Assembly: GCA_965649055.1 (NCBI GenBank) | Contig: CBFGJG010000056.1 | Coordinates: forward strand, 1 to 11,498 | Direction of reading: 5' to 3' | Source of the DNA: a candidate division WOR-3 bacterium | GTDB lineage: Bacteria > Hydrothermota > UBA3072 > B12-G15 | DNA: 11,498 bases | Part shown: positions 7,120 through 11,498 of the stretch, one piece after another | Position numbering within the stretch: the stretch's first letter is position 1 | Layout of the letters: each line of letters begins with the position of its first letter | The notes under the pieces: model-generated | Seen by the model: the letters and a program-made list of their open reading frames with translations, nothing else | Told to the model about the DNA's origin: nothing | Databases searched by the model: none | Position numbers and translations under genes: made by a program

Positions 7120-7167
7120 CCCTTTGCACCTTCTTGCCCAAAGGTGTGAAGGGAAGACATAGGGCAA
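7120..7167 (+). promoter_or_regulatory. Conserved leader stem-loop, copy 3
   Basis: Stem 7120-7153 identical to copy 2; loop TTGCCC complementary to GGGCAA at 7162-7167. Confidence 0.6.
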
Positions 7168-7201
7168 AATAAATGAAGATAAAACCTTAAAAGGAGGAAA
7201 A

Positions 7202-7354
7202 ATGATAAATATATTAAATTTGTTAGAGGGTAAAATAAAGCCAGTTTGTGGATGTGGTTGTCCCTGTTGGTGTGGTGGCGTTATTAATGATTATGCAAAT
7301 GGTTATATGGACGGTGCTTGTGACGCTGGGCTTGCCTCTAATGAAGCTGCATAA
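7202..7354 (+). CDS. Cys-rich RiPP precursor peptide 3, 50 aa: MINILNLLEGKIKPVCGCGCPCWCGGVINDYANGYMDGACDAGLASNEAA
   Basis: Manual translation; not in the ORF track. AAGGAGG RBS; CxCxCxCxC plus a sixth Cys; directly upstream of the second rSAM/SPASM gene. Confidence 0.92.
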   Translation: MINILNLLEGKIKPVCGCGCPCWCGGVINDYANGYMDGACDAGLASNEAA

Positions 7355-7374
7355 AGAATGGATGCTAGTAGTCA

Positions 7375-7409
7375 TAATCCCGGGAAGACTAAAGTCCTTC
7401 CCGGGATTA
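7375..7409 (+). terminator. Perfect 13-bp hairpin between precursor 3 and maturase (no U-tract; likely stabiliser or attenuator)
   Basis: TAATCCCGGGAAG-ACTAAAGTC-CTTCCCGGGATTA. Confidence 0.7.
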
Positions 7410-7432
7410 ACATAACATTTAATAAATAATAG

Positions 7433-8878
7433 ATGAATGTTAAGAAATTTTTTATAAATAATAGGTTTTTCGTTTATGACAGAAATACTAATTTTATTTT
7501 AGAAGTAGATGAGAGGTTGTATAATATTCTTGATGAAAAAATAGGTTTTAATGAAAAAATAAAACGCAAAATCAAAAGAGACAGAAGTTTGAGCGAAACT
7601 ATAAAAAATATTGAAAATATACAAAATCAATATGGATGTTTCAGACCATTGGAACTAAAAGGATTTAAGTTTGACGAAAAAATGAAAAAAGAAAATATAA
7701 ACAGAGTGGTTCTCAATATAACGGAGGAATGTAATCTCAGATGTAAATATTGCACTTATTCAGGTTTATATAATGGTCATAGAGTTCATACAAATAAATT
7801 TATGGATTGGGCTATTGCTCAAAAAAGCATTGAGTTCTTTTTGAAACATTGTGATAATAAAGAAAAGCAAGTCTTAGGTTTCTATGGAGGTGAACCTTTA
7901 TTAAATTTTGAGATAATTGAGGCATCGGTGCGTTTTATTAAAAATAAAAATGTAAGAAATTTAAATTTTTCAATAACAACAAATGGAACCTTGCTGAATA
8001 AAAAAATTATTAATTTTTTTGTTGAAAATGACTTTCAGGTTTTTATAAGTCTTGATGGTCCTAAAGATATAAATGATATATATAGAGTTTTTCAAAATTA
8101 TAAAGGTTCTTTTGATATTGTATATAGAAATGCTTTATTTATAAAGAAATTATATCCTGAATACTACAATAAAAAGGTTGGGTTTTCTGTGGTTATTCAT
8201 CCGCCGTATAGATGCGAAGAATTTTATAAATTTTTTACAGAAAATCCATTAGTTAAAGATAACATTCATATTTTTTCTTTTGTGAATCCATTTGGAACAA
8301 CTTTTTATAATAATTTTACAAAGGAAGAAATTAATGAGTATCTCCCTTTCTGGAATAAGATTAGGGAAAAATTTGTAAAAATGATGGTGAAAGAAGAATA
8401 TAATGATGAGATAAAAATTCTGTTTGAACTTTTTGGAAAAAGTGTTTATCAAATACATTTAATGCCAAAAGGGATAATCAAAGAAAAATATTTACATCCT
8501 GGTGGAATATGTTATCCTGGTTTTTATAAAACATTTGTTGGAACCTCAGGAAAGATTTATCCGTGTGAAAAACTTGGATATGTTTTGGAGATAGGAGATA
8601 TATTTGAAGGGATAAATGTTAATATGGTTAATAATATTATTAATGAATTCATAAGTATAAAAGAAGAATTATGCAAAGAATGTTGGGCTGTAAGGTTATG
8701 TAATCCATGCTTTTTAAGTGCAATTGAAGGTAACAAATTTTCAGTTAAAAGAAAAAAAGAATTTTGCAATATGAATAAAAAAAATATTGAAAAGAATCTT
8801 GAAACATATATTATGATAATGATGGATAATAAAGATGCTTTTGATAGTGAAAAGTTTAAGGTAAGTTTTACTCAATGA
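7433..8878 (+). CDS. Radical SAM/SPASM peptide maturase (CcpM-like), 481 aa
   Basis: CNLRCKYC, YGGEPLL, TTNGTLL, SLDGP; C-terminal GICYPG...YPCEK...CKECWAVRLCNPC...C; RRE-like N-terminus (FFVYDRNTNFIL). Divergent paralogue of 437-1858. Confidence 0.93.
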   Translation: MNVKKFFINNRFFVYDRNTNFILEVDERLYNILDEKIGFNEKIKRKIKRDRSLSETIKNIENIQNQYGCFRPLELKGFKFDEKMKKENINRVVLNITEECNLRCKYCTYSGLYNGHRVHTNKFMDWAIAQKSIEFFLKHCDNKEKQVLGFYGGEPLLNFEIIEASVRFIKNKNVRNLNFSITTNGTLLNKKIINFFVENDFQVFISLDGPKDINDIYRVFQNYKGSFDIVYRNALFIKKLYPEYYNKKVGFSVVIHPPYRCEEFYKFFTENPLVKDNIHIFSFVNPFGTTFYNNFTKEEINEYLPFWNKIREKFVKMMVKEEYNDEIKILFELFGKSVYQIHLMPKGIIKEKYLHPGGICYPGFYKTFVGTSGKIYPCEKLGYVLEIGDIFEGINVNMVNNIINEFISIKEELCKECWAVRLCNPCFLSAIEGNKFSVKRKKEFCNMNKKNIEKNLETYIMIMMDNKDAFDSEKFKVSFTQ

Positions 8879-8885
8879 AGATATT

Positions 8886-9764
8886 ATGATTTTACTATTC
8901 ATATTAAGCAAAATGATCCTTAACGAGAAGTTCATAGGAGTTATAAGTGATATTGAAGGATTTAAATTTGTGAAAATTATAGATGAAAATTTTTATTTCT
9001 ATTCCAAAGAGATGTTAAAAGTATTAATTTATAATAAAAATTTATTTAAAATTGGAGAAATAGATTTTAAAGAAGGTGATTGTCCTGAATGTGTAAAAAG
9101 GAGATTTAATAACATATTTATAGATACAGAAAATATAATAGTCTGTTCACCATTTCAAAAGAAGATAGTTTTATATAATTCAAACGGAATATTTAAAAAA
9201 ATAATAAATACACAGAACCTTCCATATTTTGTATTAAAGGATAGAGAGAGGATAATGACATATGAAATTAAAGAGTATAAAAGTTTTATTGCTTTTTATG
9301 ATTTGAATGGAAAATTTCTTAATAATAAAGAAATACCCCAAACAGATTTTACAAAAAAATATAATGTCTATGAAATCCCATCAGCAATTTGTTTTGATAA
9401 TAGTAGATTATTTATACCTGAAAGCTACCGATTTGGAATTTGGGAATACATGATTGAAAAGGATATAATAAAAAGATTTATAAAAACAAGAGATTTCTTT
9501 AAAAATCCTATAATAAAGAAGAGGGGGAGCTCTACAGGAGTTATAATTTTATCAACTATCAATAATATTTTTATCTATGATTCATTAATTGTAATATATG
9601 CAATTGGAACAAAATGTGGAAATTTATTGCTGCTTTGTAATAAAAAAGGTGAAGAATTATTATTATTAAAAAAATTGAAATACGATGATATTATAACAGA
9701 TGGGAGAAATATTTATGCAATTAAGTCAGATACTATTTATAGCCTTTCTCTTCTCCAAAAGTAG
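8886..9764 (+). CDS. 6-bladed beta-propeller-like protein, 292 aa
   Basis: Short hydrophobic N-terminus; repeated blade motifs (IVLYNSNGIFKK, IAFYDLNGKFLN, LCNKKGEEL); EGDCPEC at the position of the GxGPxE motif. Confidence 0.6.
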   Translation: MILLFILSKMILNEKFIGVISDIEGFKFVKIIDENFYFYSKEMLKVLIYNKNLFKIGEIDFKEGDCPECVKRRFNNIFIDTENIIVCSPFQKKIVLYNSNGIFKKIINTQNLPYFVLKDRERIMTYEIKEYKSFIAFYDLNGKFLNNKEIPQTDFTKKYNVYEIPSAICFDNSRLFIPESYRFGIWEYMIEKDIIKRFIKTRDFFKNPIIKKRGSSTGVIILSTINNIFIYDSLIVIYAIGTKCGNLLLLCNKKGEELLLLKKLKYDDIITDGRNIYAIKSDTIYSLSLLQK

Positions 9765-10569
9765 TGCTAAATTAGGACTCCCATATGATATTGAGAAAAT
9801 TAATAATTTTTATGTTGTTCTTAATGTGGAAAAAAAATTACTATTTCTTAAAAGAGGTTTATTCTCATTTAAAGTGATAAAAGAAGTTGATTTGTCAAAT
9901 ACTATATCTTCACAATCATTTTTTTTAAAGGTTGATAGCATAGTATATCTGGTAACAGGATTTAAAAATACGGATTTTTATTCTATCAATTTTGACAGTT
10001 TGGAATATGTTAATTCCGTTCCTTATAAAGTTACTGGTGGAATTTCAACAGATGACTATATAATTTTATTTGGAAATTGGAAGGGTAAATTTATTCATTT
10101 CTATACAAAAAAATTTTTATATAAAAATTCATTTTTGGTTTCTTTTAAAATCATGGACAGGATTTATTCTTTTTATTCCTGTGATACAATTTATTTTACT
10201 TCACCTGAAAAATTGATTATCTATAAATTTATTGATACTATGCTATTGGATAGTATAATTATAGATAGTATGAATTGCATATTAAGTGTAAAATACGGAA
10301 ATAAAGATATAGTATTTAAGATTACTGGTTTTACAGGTCTTGTCTGGAGTAAGGAATTTAGTATAGTTCCTTCTTTTTTTAAATATCCTGATTCAATTTC
10401 TAATTTTCTTTTTGATAATAATAAGAGTATATTATCAAATTCCTATTTATTTTTTAAAGATAAAACAAAAAAGATTGGAGATGGGAGAATAACGATAAAA
10501 CAAGTAAATAAAATTTATTTTATTTTAAAAAACAAGAAAATTGAAGTTTTTAATTTTAGAAAATTATGA
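9715..10569 (+). CDS. Putative exported beta-rich (propeller-like) hypothetical protein; start probably ATG 9715 rather than 9700
   Basis: GGAG at 9703-9706 precedes ATG 9715; MQLSQILFIAFLFSKSSA resembles a signal peptide; blade-like FIHFYTKKFLYKNSF and DTIYFTSPEKLIIYKF, the latter resembling DTLYFIEPHKPIFYKF in 5361-6362. Confidence 0.55.
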   Translation: MQLSQILFIAFLFSKSSAKLGLPYDIEKINNFYVVLNVEKKLLFLKRGLFSFKVIKEVDLSNTISSQSFFLKVDSIVYLVTGFKNTDFYSINFDSLEYVNSVPYKVTGGISTDDYIILFGNWKGKFIHFYTKKFLYKNSFLVSFKIMDRIYSFYSCDTIYFTSPEKLIIYKFIDTMLLDSIIIDSMNCILSVKYGNKDIVFKITGFTGLVWSKEFSIVPSFFKYPDSISNFLFDNNKSILSNSYLFFKDKTKKIGDGRITIKQVNKIYFILKNKKIEVFNFRKL

Positions 10570-10706
10570 TAAAGATTTTAAATTTTAAAATGACAGATAT
10601 TAAACAAAATACTAAATGTGAATGTTTTTCTATTGGTTGTGAAAATAGTTCAGGGTATTTAGAAGGATATGCAATGGGTATGTATGCATTCTCTGGAAAT
10701 GAATAA
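10566..10706 (+). CDS. Second precursor-like peptide of cassette 3, 46 aa: MIKILNFKMTDIKQNTKCECFSIGCENSSGYLEGYAMGMYAFSGNE
   Basis: Manual translation. ATGA overlap with the upstream stop; shares MIxILN, IK, CxC, YxxGYxxG and NE with peptide 7202-7354. Confidence 0.75.
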   Translation: MIKILNFKMTDIKQNTKCECFSIGCENSSGYLEGYAMGMYAFSGNE

Positions 10707-10786
10707 TAATCTTCTTTTCCGTTTTTTTAGATTTTTTTCACCTTATTGGAGAAAGGATTATTAGCATTTTTCTTTATGCTTGTTTC
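10699..10786 (+). pseudogene. 5' remnant of the ABC exporter (frameshifted, rest deleted)
   Basis: Aligns with 2929-3017. MNNNLLFRFFRFFSPYWRK vs MTSNPFLRFLRFLSPYWRK; a 1-nt deletion (AAGGATT vs AAGGGATT) gives TAG at 10762-10764. Confidence 0.92.
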
Positions 10787-10794
10787 ATTTATAT

Positions 10795-10844
10795 CCATTG
10801 ATAATTCTATATTTCTTGAATATAAAAATTTTCAAAAAAAGTCC
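10795..10844 (+). repeat. Start of a fourth leader/promoter copy, cut by the IS
   Basis: CCATTGATAATTCT...AATAT...AAAATTTTCAAAAAAAGTCC matches 4757-4807; homology ends at the position of TTGACA. Confidence 0.8.
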
Positions 10845-11498
10845 TGTTATTTCTATAATATATGTCATATGTTTTTACTATAAAATATGTCACATTGTTT
10901 TCTAAACATAAGTTCTTTCCTTCAATATTTCTTCTATTCTTCTTTCTTTCCTTATCATTTCATTATTTTCTGATATCTTTGTTTCAAGTATTACTTCTCC
11001 ATTATAAAGTATCCATACTTTATTCTCTTTTGATATCCTCAACTCAACAATAGCCCTTGCAAAGTTTAATTTCTTTCCTGTCGGATTAAGTTGTATCTTT
11101 TCCTTAAATATGCTTATTGTATTATCCTTGTTTACTCTCCTATAATATCTCTTAGTAAATATTAAATCAAGATCTTTCTTTCCTATATCCCTGTATACCG
11201 AACCCTCTACTTTATGGGAATATTTCAAATTATACCAGGGAATAAACTCTTCTACAAGATATTTATTCGCTTCTTCATAGTCCTTTATCTTCCTTATCCA
11301 CATCTCGTTTATTAGTCTGTCTTGAAAAACTCCAAATAGCCTTTCTATTCTTCCTTTCGCTTGCGGTGAATTCGCTGTTATCAATGTTATTCCTAATTCT
11401 TCAAGTGCTTTCTGTATATTCGTGTCCTCTTGTTCCTCGCTTACATCGTAATGTATACCTCCAATCCTTGTCGTCTTAAAATGTGATGCCCTGTCCAC
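10845..11498 (-). mobile_element. IS1202-like (ISNCY; IS481-related) insertion sequence, right end, partial
   Basis: End starts with TGT at 10845 exactly where leader homology stops; two ~25-bp imperfect direct repeats (TGTTATTTCTATAATATATGTCA at 10845, TGTTTTTACTATAAAATATGTCA at 10870) adjacent to the transposase stop. Confidence 0.8.
10902..11498 (-). CDS. DDE transposase, IS1202-like (ISNCY), C-terminal part; N-terminus lies outside the window
   Basis: ALEELGITLITANSPQAKGRIERLFGVFQDRL integrase-core motif and RRVNKDNTISI C-terminal motif; ORF is open at the window edge. Confidence 0.9.
   Translation of the reverse strand: MDRASHFKTTRIGGIHYDVSEEQEDTNIQKALEELGITLITANSPQAKGRIERLFGVFQDRLINEMWIRKIKDYEEANKYLVEEFIPWYNLKYSHKVEGSVYRDIGKKDLDLIFTKRYYRRVNKDNTISIFKEKIQLNPTGKKLNFARAIVELRISKENKVWILYNGEVILETKISENNEMIRKERRIEEILKERTYV

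Larger units (their letters stand above)
6982..7201 (+). repeat. Conserved cassette leader, copy 3 (diverged, two internal deletions)
   Basis: Colinear blocks with copy 2: AAAAATCCTT, ATCAAAAGCAG, AGGGAATTTTTATA, TAAAGAGGATAAA, and an identical hairpin block 7117-7161. AAGGAGG RBS at 7191-7197. Confidence 0.92.

Noticed and set aside
8249..8935. Three short minus-strand ORFs (8249-8458, 8557-8769, 8741-8935)
   Set aside because: Antisense to the well-supported rSAM gene, with low-complexity translations.
10862..11053. 63-aa plus-strand hydrophobic ORF
   Set aside because: Starts within the IS end repeats and is antisense to the transposase.

Overview
Very AT-rich bacterial DNA holding three same-strand (+) cysteine-rich-peptide cassettes, each preceded by a copy of the same ~200-bp non-coding leader (1-211, ~4757-5080, ~6982-7201). 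Cassette 1: a 57-aa Cys-rich precursor missed by the ORF track (212-385), a hairpin, a radical SAM/SPASM maturase, a beta-propeller-like lipoprotein and an ABC exporter. Cassette 2: an 80-aa Cys-rich peptide with a signal peptide, a hairpin, a beta-propeller-like protein and a membrane-anchored CxxC thioredoxin-fold protein, with no radical SAM gene. Cassette 3: a 50-aa CxCxCxCxC precursor missed by the ORF track (7202-7354), a hairpin, a second radical SAM/SPASM maturase, two beta-propeller-like proteins, a related 46-aa peptide also missed by the track (10566-10706) and a deleted, frameshifted remnant of the ABC exporter. The start of a fourth leader copy is interrupted at its -35 box by an IS1202-like (ISNCY) element whose transposase runs off the window. 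My interpretation is a polymorphic array of RiPP/peptide cassettes with conserved flanks and a conserved structured 5' leader. Family assignments come from motif recognition only; no searches or folding programs were run.
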